A stretch of DNA of 64,000 bases from an uncultured Gemmatimonadales bacterium (GTDB taxonomy: Bacteria; Gemmatimonadota; Gemmatimonadetes; Gemmatimonadales; GWC2-71-9), in assembly GCA_963842945.1 (NCBI GenBank), contig CAWJIM010000019.1, positions 576,001-640,000 of the forward strand, given 5' to 3'. The position numbers and the translations under genes were made by a program. Below the pieces are notes generated by a model. That model was not told where the DNA came from and ran no database searches. It saw only the letters and a list, made by a program, of their open reading frames with translations. Positions 54,755 to 63,830 of this stretch are shown piece by piece (position 1 is the stretch's first letter; each line of letters starts with the position of its first letter).

Positions 54755-56004
54755 CCGCGCCGCTCGCCGCGGCCGAAGCGGCGCGCCGCATCCTCGAGGA
54801 CGTGCGGCGGCAGCCCGCGCTCCGGATGCCGCTGGACGACGCGCTCGACGCCGTGCTCGCCGAGGACATCGTCAGCCCGCTCGACATTCCCGCGTGGACC
54901 AATTCGGCGATGGACGGCTATGCCACGCGCGGCGACGACGTCCGCGGCGCGACCCAGGAGCGACCCGTCCGTCTTACCGTGGTCGAGCATCTCCCCGCCG
55001 GCCGATTTCCCACCAGGCCCATCGCGCCGGGCGAGTGCGCCCGCATCTTCACCGGCGCGCCGCTCCCCGAAGGCGCGGACACCGTGGTGCGGCAGGAGGA
55101 CACCGATCACGGCGCCGAGGTCGTCACCATCTTCAAGGACCGCGACGTCGGGGTGAACATCCGGCGCGCCGGCGAGGACATCCGGAAGGGCCGGACGGTG
55201 CTCCAGGCCGGGACCGAGCTCGGCCCCGCTCAGCTCGGCGTGCTCGCGTCGCTCGCGGTGGCGAGCCCGCTGGTGTACCGGCAACCCCGGGTCGCGATCC
55301 TCGGGAGCGGCGACGAGATCGTGGACGTGGATCAGCCCGAGGAGATCCTCAGCGGCCGCAAGACCGCCAGCAGCAACACGCACACCCTGCTCGCCATGGT
55401 ACGCCGCGCGGGCGCGGAGCCGGTGAATCTGGGCATTGCCCGGGACACGCCGGAGAGCCTGCGGGAACGGCTCACCCGGGCGCTCGACGCCGACCTGCTG
55501 GTGACCACGGCCGGGATCAGCGTCGGCGAGCACGACTACCTGCGGGCCGTGCTGGACGAGCTCGGCGCGGAGCAGCGGTTCTGGAAGCTCCGGATGCGGC
55601 CGGGCGCGCCGGTCGGGTTCGGGCTGCTCCAGGGCATTCCCTGGATCGGCTTGCCCGGGAACCCGGTGAGCACGATGGTGACCTTCGAGCTCTTCGTCCG
55701 GCCCGCGATCCGGAAGATGGCAGGCCACCCCCTGCCCTTCCGCCGGACCGTGCCGGTGCGCGTCGCCGAGCCGATCCACCTCAAGCCCCGGCTGCAGCAC
55801 TTCCTTCGCGCCGTGGTCGCCGACGGGCCCGATGTCCGGGAGGCGCGGCTCACCGGTCCTCAAGGCTCCGGCATTCTCACCTCCATGATCCTCGCCAACG
55901 CGCTCCTCATCGTGCCGGAGGGCCAGTTCGAGACCCCGGTCGGGGCCACCCTCCGGGCCCTCCTCCTCGACGACCCCGTCCACAGCGCCGACCCAGGGTT
56001 CTGA
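54751..56004 (+). CDS. moeA: Molybdopterin molybdenumtransferase
   Basis: NSAMDGYA, IFTGAPLPEGAD, NIRRAGED, SGDE, GLPGNPVS, QGSG. Confidence 0.96.
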   Translation: MTAPLAAAEAARRILEDVRRQPALRMPLDDALDAVLAEDIVSPLDIPAWTNSAMDGYATRGDDVRGATQERPVRLTVVEHLPAGRFPTRPIAPGECARIFTGAPLPEGADTVVRQEDTDHGAEVVTIFKDRDVGVNIRRAGEDIRKGRTVLQAGTELGPAQLGVLASLAVASPLVYRQPRVAILGSGDEIVDVDQPEEILSGRKTASSNTHTLLAMVRRAGAEPVNLGIARDTPESLRERLTRALDADLLVTTAGISVGEHDYLRAVLDELGAEQRFWKLRMRPGAPVGFGLLQGIPWIGLPGNPVSTMVTFELFVRPAIRKMAGHPLPFRRTVPVRVAEPIHLKPRLQHFLRAVVADGPDVREARLTGPQGSGILTSMILANALLIVPEGQFETPVGATLRALLLDDPVHSADPGF

Positions 56005-56024
56005 CCCCGGGCGCACCACCCGGA

Positions 56025-56066
56025 TGAGATCGGGTTGAGATCGCGATGAACCCGTGCCGGTAGTCT
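56025..56066 (+). promoter_or_regulatory. Promoter with three 11-bp-phased direct repeats plus -10 (site A)
   Basis: TGAGATCG 56025, TGAGATCG 56036, TGAACCC 56047, TAGTCT 56061. Confidence 0.7.
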
Positions 56067-56117
56067 GCTGACCATCGAAGCGGCACGACGGTCTCAAATC
56101 TCTCCGGGGGGTGCACC

Positions 56118-56777
56118 ATGAAGTCGATTGCTGTGCTCGGCATGGGGGTCATCGCGCTGACGGCGGGCGCGTTCATCACGGCGGGAGCGGCGCTGGGCAC
56201 CAGCGCCTCGTACTTCGAGGCCTCGGTCGAGGGCGGAATGAGCGCGCGCCCGGCCGGTGAGGTGGCGTTCGGGGTCGTGGGCGACAGCGGGACGGGGGTG
56301 TCGGCCTTCACCATCACGCTCGGCGGCGCGGACTCCTCGGGGGCGATTCTCTTCTCCAGCCTCGACGGCCGGATGCCGGCACCGGGGCGCTACGAGCTGA
56401 GCGACACGACGGTCGACGGCTTCCGGGCGATGTACATCGCCGGCAGCTCCGAGCGGCCCACCGGGCTGTATCGGGCGAAGCGCGGCACGCTGGAGATCAC
56501 CGCCTCGAGCGCGGAGCACATCAGCGGGCACTTCAGCTTCACCGGGGCCGGCTTCCTGGCCAGCGATCCGACCGACGAGGGCTCGGAGGTGAAGGTCGAC
56601 GGCGCCTTCATGTCCACTCACCGCGCCGGCCGCGCGGCCGGCTCAACCTTGAGTGAGGAGGAAGCAGCGGAGCGGGAGCCGCGACGGTACGGCGCCCGGT
56701 GGGCCGAGAGCCTGCCGGGCGCTCGTGTGTTTCGGGTGTGTTTCCGACGGGATGAGATCGAGGTGAGATCGAGGTGA
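56118..56777 (+). CDS. Hypothetical secreted protein (true end may be near 56650)
   Basis: Hydrophobic N-terminus, beta-rich body (GTLEITASS..ISGHFSF); tail runs over the next promoter. Confidence 0.65.
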   Translation: MKSIAVLGMGVIALTAGAFITAGAALGTSASYFEASVEGGMSARPAGEVAFGVVGDSGTGVSAFTITLGGADSSGAILFSSLDGRMPAPGRYELSDTTVDGFRAMYIAGSSERPTGLYRAKRGTLEITASSAEHISGHFSFTGAGFLASDPTDEGSEVKVDGAFMSTHRAGRAAGSTLSEEEAAEREPRRYGARWAESLPGARVFRVCFRRDEIEVRSR

Positions 56778-56794
56778 AGCCCGGGTTCTATCGT
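56753..56794 (+). promoter_or_regulatory. Promoter with three 11-bp-phased direct repeats plus -10 (site B)
   Basis: TGAGATCG 56753, TGAGATCG 56764, TGAAGCC 56775, TATCGT 56789. Confidence 0.7.
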
Positions 56795-56844
56795 AGCTGC
56801 GTCGATCGGGGCTCACTGACTCACCACACTCGAGGAGGAACACG

Positions 56845-57315
56845 ATGCTCTCGCACTCGCTTCGCCGGCTCGCCGGCACCGCACTCACCGCGCTCGCTCT
56901 GGGGACCGCCGCCTGCGGCGGCGACAACAGCGGCTCGACCGGGCCCGAGCCCGCACCGGCCGACGTCAGCGGCACCTACGATCTCACCGGCCTTCGCACC
57001 CTTGGCAACCTGGGCGGCGGCGGCGCCGGCCTGCCGGTGACCTTCACCGACGGCGGCGGCTCGTCCCTGCGGTTCGAGAGCGGCTACCTGGAGCTCCTGG
57101 CCGATGGGAGCTACTACCTCGAGGTCGAGGCGGCGTTCAATGGCGGCAGCGTCACCATGTCGGACGAGGGGACCTACCAGATGGCCGGCAACGCCATCGA
57201 CTTCACCCCGACCGGCGACCCGGCTCGGATGCGTGACGGCGTCGTCAGCGGCAGCTCGATCACGGCGGAGACCCAGTTCGGCGGGATCCCCTTCGAGATC
57301 GATCTCCAGAAGTAG
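56845..57315 (+). CDS. Hypothetical lipoprotein (lipocalin-like beta fold)
   Basis: GAGGAGG SD; lipobox TAAC; SGTYDL, LELLADGSY, DEGTY. Confidence 0.75.
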   Translation: MLSHSLRRLAGTALTALALGTAACGGDNSGSTGPEPAPADVSGTYDLTGLRTLGNLGGGGAGLPVTFTDGGGSSLRFESGYLELLADGSYYLEVEAAFNGGSVTMSDEGTYQMAGNAIDFTPTGDPARMRDGVVSGSSITAETQFGGIPFEIDLQK

Positions 57316-57323
57316 TGGGACCC

Positions 57324-57785
57324 ATGCACGGAGCGACCGATCCCATGAAAGCCGGGACTGTGGAGCACGCGACGGTGGTCGGTCGCTACGAGCTGGTGGG
57401 CGTCAATGGGGGACTGCTACCGGTCTCCCTCGACCAGGAGGCGAACGGGTCCGGAATGGTGGGATGCAGCGTCCTGAGCGGCGAGCTCCGCCTCGAGACC
57501 GACGGGACGTACGTTCTCGAGCTCATCGCCCGGTACGATCTGTCGGCGGGTGCCGGCGGCGTCCGCACCATCGCCAGCGGGGGCACCTGGCGATTCCTGC
57601 CTTCGGCACTCGACCGGACTTCGGGCGAGATTCGGCTCAGCTCAGGTGAGGGCCAGACCAGCGCCGCCGTGGCGGGCGTGTCCCTGGTCCACCGGATGCG
57701 GCCGGAACGGCGGTCGGGCGGCCAGGCACACTGGGTGTACATTCGGCGCGAGCTCCCTTATCTTCAGGCACAAGAAGGGGAGTAG
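57324..57785 (+). CDS. Hypothetical protein resembling the upstream lipoprotein fold
   Basis: VGRYELVGVNGGLLP, LRLETDGTY, SGGTW mirror the upstream motifs. Start uncertain. Confidence 0.6.
   Translation: MHGATDPMKAGTVEHATVVGRYELVGVNGGLLPVSLDQEANGSGMVGCSVLSGELRLETDGTYVLELIARYDLSAGAGGVRTIASGGTWRFLPSALDRTSGEIRLSSGEGQTSAAVAGVSLVHRMRPERRSGGQAHWVYIRRELPYLQAQEGE
57736..57764 (+). promoter_or_regulatory. Putative promoter of the riboswitch-htpX-terC unit
   Basis: TGTACA-17 nt-TATCTT; predicted TSS ~57771, just before the aptamer. Confidence 0.45.
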
Positions 57786-57898
57786 CTTATCCGCCGAGTG
57801 GCGGACCCCCGAATCGTCAGGACTGTCCGCCAAAGTGCGGGCACGGTTCGGAGGGGGAGCGGGGCGGCAGCGCCCGGCGTATCCAGAGCGAGACCTTC
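57774..57898 (+). ncRNA. yybP-ykoY manganese riboswitch
   Basis: GAAGGGGAGTAGC ... AATCGTCAGGAC ... CGGTT ... GCGAGACCTTC hallmark segments in order, upstream of a terC-containing operon. Confidence 0.9.
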
Positions 57899-57945
57899 GT
57901 CCAACGCGCATGTCGCGGCAACGGACGGGGTCTCGCTCTTTTTTT
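57886..57945 (+). terminator. Riboswitch expression-platform terminator
   Basis: ~16-bp stem GAGCGAGACCTTCGTCC / GGACGGGGTCTCGCTC plus T7; 5' arm is the aptamer 3' strand. Confidence 0.88.
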
Positions 57946-57987
57946 CGCCCTCTCCGCCGCGGGATGCGTACGCATCTGGAGGAGCGT

Positions 57988-58824
57988 ATGAACAACGTGA
58001 AGACGTTCGTGCTGATGGGGGCCCTCGTGGCCCTGTTCGGGCTGGCCGGCCAGCTGCTCGGCGGCGCACAGGGACTGGTCTTCGCCCTGATCCTCGGCAG
58101 CCTGTTCAACTTCGTGATGTACTTCTTTTCCGACCGACTGGTGCTCCGGATGTACGGGGCCCAGGTCGTCACCGAAGCCCAGGCCCCGGAGCTGTATCGC
58201 ATGGTGGACCGGCTGCGCCAGCGAGCCGGGCTTCCCATGCCGGTGGTGGCGGTGGCGCCGCACGAGCAGCCCAACGCTTTCGCCACCGGCCGAAGTCCGA
58301 GCAAGGCCGTGGTCGCGGTCACGACCGGCATTCTCAAGTCGATGCCGCAGGAGGAGCTGGAGGGTGTGATCGCGCACGAGCTGGCGCACATCAAGAACCG
58401 CGACATGCTCATCGCCACCGTGGCCGCCGGCATCGCCGGCGCGCTCAGCAACCTGCCCTATCTCTTCCTGTTCGGTGGGGGGAGCGATGACGACGGCGGG
58501 CATCCGTTCGCCCAACTCGCGGTGATGCTGCTGGCGCCGATCGGGGCCATGATCATCCAGACGGCGGTCTCCCGGCAGCGGGAGTTCGAGGCCGACCGGG
58601 TGGGCGCCCTGATCCTGGGGCGGCCGCTGCCGCTGGCGCATGCGCTGGTGCGGCTCGACGCGATGGCGCATCGCATCCCGATGCAGGTGGCACCGGCGGC
58701 GGCGCCGCTGGCCCAGGTCAACCCGCTGGCAGCCTATCGCGGAGGGTTCGGCAAGCTGTTCAGTACCCATCCTCCCACGGAGCAGCGCGTCGCGCGGCTC
58801 GAAGCCATGGCCGCGGGCCGCTAG
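57988..58824 (+). CDS. htpX: Zn metalloprotease HtpX
   Basis: GGAGG SD; QPNAFATGR, HELAHIKNRD, SRQREFEAD, FSTHPP. Confidence 0.93.
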   Translation: MNNVKTFVLMGALVALFGLAGQLLGGAQGLVFALILGSLFNFVMYFFSDRLVLRMYGAQVVTEAQAPELYRMVDRLRQRAGLPMPVVAVAPHEQPNAFATGRSPSKAVVAVTTGILKSMPQEELEGVIAHELAHIKNRDMLIATVAAGIAGALSNLPYLFLFGGGSDDDGGHPFAQLAVMLLAPIGAMIIQTAVSRQREFEADRVGALILGRPLPLAHALVRLDAMAHRIPMQVAPAAAPLAQVNPLAAYRGGFGKLFSTHPPTEQRVARLEAMAAGR

Positions 58825-59763
58825 TTGTTCGGGCATCATGGTGCGGCGGTCTGGCTCGGCTTCACGGGCCTGGTCGCCGCTCTGCTCATTCTCGACCTGG
58901 GGGTCCTCAACCGCCGGTCGCACGTGCTGTCCTTCAAGGAGGCGCTGAGCTGGAGTCTCGGGCTCATCACCTTCGCCCATCTCTTCGGCCTGTTCATCCT
59001 CTGGCGGGAGGGCACCCAGCCTGCGCTGGAGTACTACACCGGCTACCTCATCGAGCTCTCCCTCAGCGTCGACAATCTCTTCGTCTTCATCCTCATCTTC
59101 TCCTACTTCGGCGTGTCGGCCGAGGCGCAGCCGAAGATCCTGAAATGGGGCATCCTGGGCGCGATCATCATGCGGTTCATCATGATCGCCCTGGGCGCCC
59201 TGCTGCTCGACCGATTCGAGTGGATCATCTATCTCTTCGGCGCGATCCTCATCGTGACCGGCATCCGGATGATGCGGCAGCAGGAGGAAGAGGTCGAGCT
59301 GGAGAAGAACCCGGTCGTCCGGCTGGCCCGGCGGATCCTGCCGTTCAGCAACTACTACGACGGCACCCGCTTCTTCACCCGCCGGAGGGACGGCGCGGTG
59401 CTGGCCACCCCGATGCTGCTGGTGCTCATCATCGTGGAGTGGTCGGACCTGGTGTTCGCGATCGACAGCATCCCCGCCATCTTCGCGATCACCCGCGACC
59501 CTTTCCTGGTCTACAGCTCCAACGTCTTCGCCATCCTCGGCCTCAGGGCCCTCTTCTTCGTCCTGGCCGGCATGATGGACAAGTTCGTCTACCTCAAGCC
59601 GGGCGTCGCCCTCATCCTCATCTTCGTCGGTCTCAAGATGACGCTGAGCCACTGGCTCCATGTGCCGACGCTGCTCTCGCTGGCCGTCATCGTGGTCACC
59701 CTCGCGGGAGCGGTGCTGTTGTCCCTGCGTCGGATCGCGCGGGAAGCGCGCCAGCCGGCGTAA
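58825..59763 (+). CDS. terC: TerC/Alx-family Mn-related membrane protein
   Basis: GYLIELSLSVDNLFVF, WGILGA, DLVFAIDSIPA, SNVFAILGLRALFF. Confidence 0.93.
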   Translation: MFGHHGAAVWLGFTGLVAALLILDLGVLNRRSHVLSFKEALSWSLGLITFAHLFGLFILWREGTQPALEYYTGYLIELSLSVDNLFVFILIFSYFGVSAEAQPKILKWGILGAIIMRFIMIALGALLLDRFEWIIYLFGAILIVTGIRMMRQQEEEVELEKNPVVRLARRILPFSNYYDGTRFFTRRRDGAVLATPMLLVLIIVEWSDLVFAIDSIPAIFAITRDPFLVYSSNVFAILGLRALFFVLAGMMDKFVYLKPGVALILIFVGLKMTLSHWLHVPTLLSLAVIVVTLAGAVLLSLRRIAREARQPA

Positions 59764-61453
59764 CCGCGGCCCCGCCGCGGAGCTTTTCCAGCATCTGCCG
59801 GGCGTTCTCGTTGGCGGGGTCCAGCGCCAGCGCGCGCTCGTAGCTCCGCACCGCCTCGTCGTGTCTCCCCGCCTGCATGTAGGCCTCGCCCAGGCTGTCG
59901 AAGGCGTTGGAGGAGCCGGGGTGATCCGCCGAGTTCAGCTGAAGCACCGCGATGGCAGCCACGTGTCGCCCCTGCCGCAGCAGCTCGTACCCCAGCGCAT
60001 TGAGCTCGACCTCCGTATCGGTGTAGGCGTGGCGAGGGTCGGTCTTGTACGCGAGATGAAGCTTGAGCGCACCGGCGGAGTCGCCCGCCGCGAACGCATC
60101 GCGCATGCGCTCCGCGAGGGAGGGCTCCGGCTTCCAGGCCAGGATCTCGCGCATCGCCGGATCCACGTTGGCCCGGTAGTCGCGCGAGGTGAGCTCGGCC
60201 GCAACGTCCGGGCCCTTCCAGGGCCGGCTGTCGAGCGGGTGGGTCCGCTGCCAGTAGTAAATGGACGCGCGCACGGTGATGCCGCTGTTGGGCAGCGTGA
60301 TGCGACGGGAGTCGCCGTAGGAGTTGGGCTTTCCGGCCGTGGGCTCGCCGACGAAGACGGCGTCGGTGTACTCCTCGAGATCGTGCACCAGGAACTGGGC
60401 GGCGGAAAAGGTGCTCCGGCCGATGACGACGAACAGGTGCCCGGGCCCTTCCAGCCTGGGTGAGCGGATCAGGCTCAGCACCAGGGGCTGGTTGAGCGTG
60501 CCGTCCCCACCGCGGTTCAGCCGGAGGTCGAGCACCACGCGGTCCACGGGTGCGGAGTCCACGAACGCGCGCAACCGCCCCGCGAAATCGGCGACCGTCT
60601 CGTCGGGCGCGTCGCCCACCTTGTTGTACTGCACGTACGCGGTCCGGCTCTCGGGCAGGTAGTCGAGCCGCAGGGGGACCCGTGGGTCGCCGCGAAGCCA
60701 GATCGGGGTGCGCGGCCCGTCGGGGCCCCGCATGTCCACCCAGCCGTCCTCCTGCATCCAGCTCACGTCCGTGTCCGAGGGTAGCATCGGGGCGAGGCCC
60801 GAGGGGTGGAGCACCGTCACGACGCGGGTGCCGCCCTGCTCCAGGAGCAACGGCGCGGCGTCGGGCTCGTCGATCGCGCCGACGGCGTGCAGGACCTCGG
60901 GCATCGCGAGGAGGAAGGGCGCGAAGTAGCGGGCGTTCATCTCGTTGTCACGGCCGATCAGCTCCCGCACGGCGAGATAGGCCTCGTCGGCGGTGAGCCG
61001 GCCGATCCGGATCACCTTCGCGCCCACCAGATCGGTCACCGGTTTCGCGGCGCTGCGGATGAAGAGCCCGTCCTTGAAGAAGTAGAGCCGCACCGGATAG
61101 GTGTGGAACCCGATCTTGGGGTCCCGGGTGGGAGCGATGTTGGTGTGCCCGTCGCCCACCAGCGCGACCAACCGCGCCAGCTCGACGATCACCTGGTGGC
61201 GCGCGAGACCCGGCAGCTTGCGCTCGAGCGCGCCGAGCGCGCTGTCGAACTGCTGCCGGCTGATCGTATGGAAGAGGTTCTTATGCCGTCGCGGCAGCTC
61301 ACGCGCGAGATAGGCGAGGTCTTCGCGCCACTGGCGGACGGATGAGGAGTCGGAGGATGCCGCCGCTGCGGCGGCCTGGGGATCGGGGCGCGCGCCCTGA
61401 AGCGCGAGGGTGCCGACCAGCGCCAGTGCGATCGGAGAGAGCATGGGCCACAC
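59696..61453 (-). CDS. Secreted S41-peptidase-like protein with C-terminal TPR (alternative start 61444)
   Basis: LVGDGHT, LDLRLNRGG, TFSAA, VGEPT; TPR LNALGY...DSLGEAY...ALALDP. Confidence 0.8.
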   Translation of the reverse strand: MWPMLSPIALALVGTLALQGARPDPQAAAAAASSDSSSVRQWREDLAYLARELPRRHKNLFHTISRQQFDSALGALERKLPGLARHQVIVELARLVALVGDGHTNIAPTRDPKIGFHTYPVRLYFFKDGLFIRSAAKPVTDLVGAKVIRIGRLTADEAYLAVRELIGRDNEMNARYFAPFLLAMPEVLHAVGAIDEPDAAPLLLEQGGTRVVTVLHPSGLAPMLPSDTDVSWMQEDGWVDMRGPDGPRTPIWLRGDPRVPLRLDYLPESRTAYVQYNKVGDAPDETVADFAGRLRAFVDSAPVDRVVLDLRLNRGGDGTLNQPLVLSLIRSPRLEGPGHLFVVIGRSTFSAAQFLVHDLEEYTDAVFVGEPTAGKPNSYGDSRRITLPNSGITVRASIYYWQRTHPLDSRPWKGPDVAAELTSRDYRANVDPAMREILAWKPEPSLAERMRDAFAAGDSAGALKLHLAYKTDPRHAYTDTEVELNALGYELLRQGRHVAAIAVLQLNSADHPGSSNAFDSLGEAYMQAGRHDEAVRSYERALALDPANENARQMLEKLRGGAAVTPAGALPARSDAGTTAPLPRG

Positions 61454-61556
61454 CCTGGTTCGAGTGAGGGAGGCCCGGCGGAGCGCCGGTACGTCTTGGA
61501 CTCGCGGCGCGCCGGAAAGGTTGCCTTGTCATCCGGCCGACCCGATCTTCTCCGCA

Positions 61557-62909
61557 ATGCCACGACCATCGCTGCTCGAACGGATGGGCCTGGGACGGCC
61601 GGAGCTTCGCGCCTGGGCGATGTACGACTGGGCGGCCTCGTCGGTCCAGACGACGATCATGGTCGCCGTGTTTCCGATCTATTTCGTGAAGGTGGCGGGC
61701 GCCGGCATCGCCGAGGGCGGCGCCACGCAGCGCCTCGCGACCATCAACTCGATCGCGCTCCTGATCATCGCGCTCGTCTCCCCGCTGCTCGGCGCCATAT
61801 CCGACTACCGGGCGGCCAAAAAGCGCTTTACGGCGATTTTCCTCGGCATCGGCGTGGTCGCGTGCTGCGGACTGTTTCTGGTCGGCACCGGTGACCTGGA
61901 TCTCGGCTCCTGGCTCTTCATCGCGATCATGGTGGGCGTGGCGGGGAGCTACGTCTTCTACGAGGCGCTGCTTCCTCACATCGCCGCGCCGCACGAGATC
62001 GACCGGGTCTCGGCCGCAGGGTACGCCGTGGGGTACCTGGGTGGGGGTCTGCTGCTGGCCCTCAACCTGGCCTGGATCCAGATGCCGGCGGCCTTCGGGC
62101 TGCCCTCAGGGGAGGGGCTGAGCGAAAGCGAGGCCACGCTTCCGGCGCGCCTGGCGTTCCTGTCGGTCGCGGTCTGGTGGGCGCTGTTCTCGATTCCGCT
62201 GTTCCGCAAGGTCCCCGAGCCGCCGGTGCGGATCGAGCCGGACGAGCGTCCGGGCGAGAGTCCGGTCCGGGTCGCCTTCGTGCGACTGGGGGAGACCTTT
62301 CGCGAGCTCCGGAGCTTCCGCCAGGCCTTCCTGATGCTGCTCGCCTTCCTGATCTACAACGACGGCATCCAGACCATCATCAAGATGGCGACGGCCTACG
62401 GGACCGAGATCGGCATCGACCAGAGCGCGCTCATCGGTGCGATTCTGCTGGTGCAGTTCGTGGGCATCCCCTGCACCTTCCTTTTCGGCACCGTGGCCGG
62501 ACGCATCGGGGCCAAGCGGGCGCTCTTCCTCGGCCTGCTGGCATACACCGTGATCAGCATCCTGGGCTACTACATGACCACGGCCACCCACTTCTACATC
62601 CTCGCGGGACTGGTGGGTGTGGTGCAGGGCGGCACCCAGGCGCTGAGCCGCAGCCTGTTCGCCAGCATGATTCCCCAGCACAAGTCGGGAGAGTTCTTCG
62701 GGTTCTTCAGCATCTTCGAGAAGTTCGCGGGGATCTTCGGCCCGCTGATCTTCGCGGGCACGATCGCGGTCACGGGGTCGAGCCGCAACGCGATCCTGTC
62801 GGTGATCGGATTCTTCGCCGTGGGCGCGGTGCTGCTGGCGCTGGTGAACGTGGAGGAGGGACAGCGGGCGGCGCGGGAGGTGGAGCGGGAGATGCGATTG
62901 TCACCCTGA
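61557..62909 (+). CDS. MFS transporter, UMF1/Atg22-like
   Basis: [34 protein letters not shown]. Confidence 0.9.
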   Translation: MPRPSLLERMGLGRPELRAWAMYDWAASSVQTTIMVAVFPIYFVKVAGAGIAEGGATQRLATINSIALLIIALVSPLLGAISDYRAAKKRFTAIFLGIGVVACCGLFLVGTGDLDLGSWLFIAIMVGVAGSYVFYEALLPHIAAPHEIDRVSAAGYAVGYLGGGLLLALNLAWIQMPAAFGLPSGEGLSESEATLPARLAFLSVAVWWALFSIPLFRKVPEPPVRIEPDERPGESPVRVAFVRLGETFRELRSFRQAFLMLLAFLIYNDGIQTIIKMATAYGTEIGIDQSALIGAILLVQFVGIPCTFLFGTVAGRIGAKRALFLGLLAYTVISILGYYMTTATHFYILAGLVGVVQGGTQALSRSLFASMIPQHKSGEFFGFFSIFEKFAGIFGPLIFAGTIAVTGSSRNAILSVIGFFAVGAVLLALVNVEEGQRAAREVEREMRLSP

Positions 62910-62965
62910 ACGAAGTGAAGGGGGCCATATCGAGCATGGCCCCCTTCGCTGCGCTCAGGGTGACA
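62899..62965 (+). repeat. Palindromic repeat element copy 7; contains the MFS stop
   Basis: TGTCACCCTGAACGAAGTGAAGGGGGCCATATCGAGCATGGCCCCCTTCGCTGCGCTCAGGGTGACA. Confidence 0.93.
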
Positions 62966-63620
62966 ACCTTCTACGGTGACAGGTCCCTTCACGGACGGCT
63001 CCCCCACCTCCCCACAGCGCACGTCGATCGCCACGCGCACCGCCTTCCCCGGCACCACGGTATACGGCTGAGGGTTCCCGCCCACCACGTCGCAGAAGTC
63101 CGCCACGTCCTTGAGGGTGACCAGGTGCGCGCCGGGGGCGAGTCCCTCGTAGCTCTCCTCCGCGTTCACCTCGATCGCGCGCAGCGGCGTGCCCGCCACC
63201 GAGAGCTGGTAGCCATCGTCGTCCTGCGGTGTGCCGACGGTGGTGACCACGATGCGGAAGCCGCCGGTCTCCGGCACGCTGCACGCCACCGAGAAGCTGA
63301 TCTCGATGACGGCACCCCGAATGACGCGGACCGACCGGCTGTTGGGCGAGCCGCTGACCGCGCAGTTGTCGGCCAGAGCGAAGAGGTGGACGACATAGGT
63401 GCCCTCGGGCACCTCGTCGTAGACCGCGGATCCGTTGGGAGTGATCGAGAGGGGACGCTCGCCGTTCAAGGTGACGAGATATTCGTCGGACTGGGGCTCC
63501 GCGCCGCGGGTGGAGACGGTGACCAGGATGCGACCCTCGGCGGACGACTCCGTCGTACTCCCCGCAGCCGAGAAGGGCTGCGGCACCGGCCACGACCAGC
63601 GGGCCCAGGGCGCGCATCAT
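62955..63620 (-). CDS. Hypothetical lipoprotein with two Cys-containing beta repeats; frameshift at ~63560, 3' end uncertain
   Basis: Lipobox LLGC in the 63620 frame; duplicated module (VTVSTRG..DEY..ADNC..FSVAC / IVVTTVG..DGY..ADFC..IDVRC) in the other frame. Confidence 0.65.
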   Translation of the reverse strand: MMRALGPLVVAGAAALLGCGEYDGVVRRGSHPGHRLHPRRGAPVRRISRHLERRASPLDHSQRIRGLRRGARGHLCRPPLRSGRQLRGQRLAQQPVGPRHSGCRHRDQLLGGVQRAGDRRLPHRGHHRRHTAGRRWLPALGGGHAAARDRGERGGELRGTRPRRAPGHPQGRGGLLRRGGREPSAVYRGAGEGGARGDRRALWGGGGAVREGTCHRRRLSP

Positions 63621-63664
63621 AGCTCAGAGTTATGGGCCGCGCCCGACGGCGTCAAGCGCCCCAC

Positions 63665-63694
63665 TTGCCCGTTCCCCCGTCCCTCTCATACGTT
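63665..63694 (+). promoter_or_regulatory. Putative sigma70 promoter giving a leaderless leader-peptide transcript
   Basis: TTGCCC-18 nt-TACGTT, 6 nt before ATG 63701. Confidence 0.6.
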
Positions 63695-63700
63695 AGACGC

Positions 63701-63763
63701 ATGACTCCCTGCATGACCACCATGCTCAAGCGCCGCAGACGCGGCGGGCGCCGACCGGCCTAG
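63701..63763 (+). CDS. Putative attenuator leader peptide MTPCMTTMLKRRRRGGRRPA
   Basis: 20-codon ORF with 3 Met, 3 Thr and a Lys in the first 10 codons; distal part is complementary to the downstream hairpin. Confidence 0.65.
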   Translation: MTPCMTTMLKRRRRGGRRPA

Positions 63764-63792
63764 GGACGTCACGACCATCCTTCGACCTGGAA

Positions 63793-63829
63793 GCCCCGCC
63801 GTGCCAAGCGCAGGCGGGGCGTTTGCATT
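63793..63829 (+). terminator. Attenuator hairpin (terminator and/or RBS-sequestering)
   Basis: GCCCCGCC-g-TGC / GCA-GGCGGGGC stem followed by GTTTGCATT; stem ends 10 nt before ATG 63831. Confidence 0.6.
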
Positions 63830-63830
63830 C

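Noticed and set aside
62594..62954. Extension of the minus-strand lipoprotein ORF through the repeat into the MFS gene
   Set aside because: A 300-nt antisense overlap with a conserved transporter is implausible; more likely an indel near 63000 hides the true stop.
63731..63754. Arg-sensing reading of the leader peptide (RRRRGGRR)
   Set aside because: A ribosome stalled on these codons would cover the antiterminator segment, so they more likely reflect GC-rich pairing sequence; disfavoured, not excluded.
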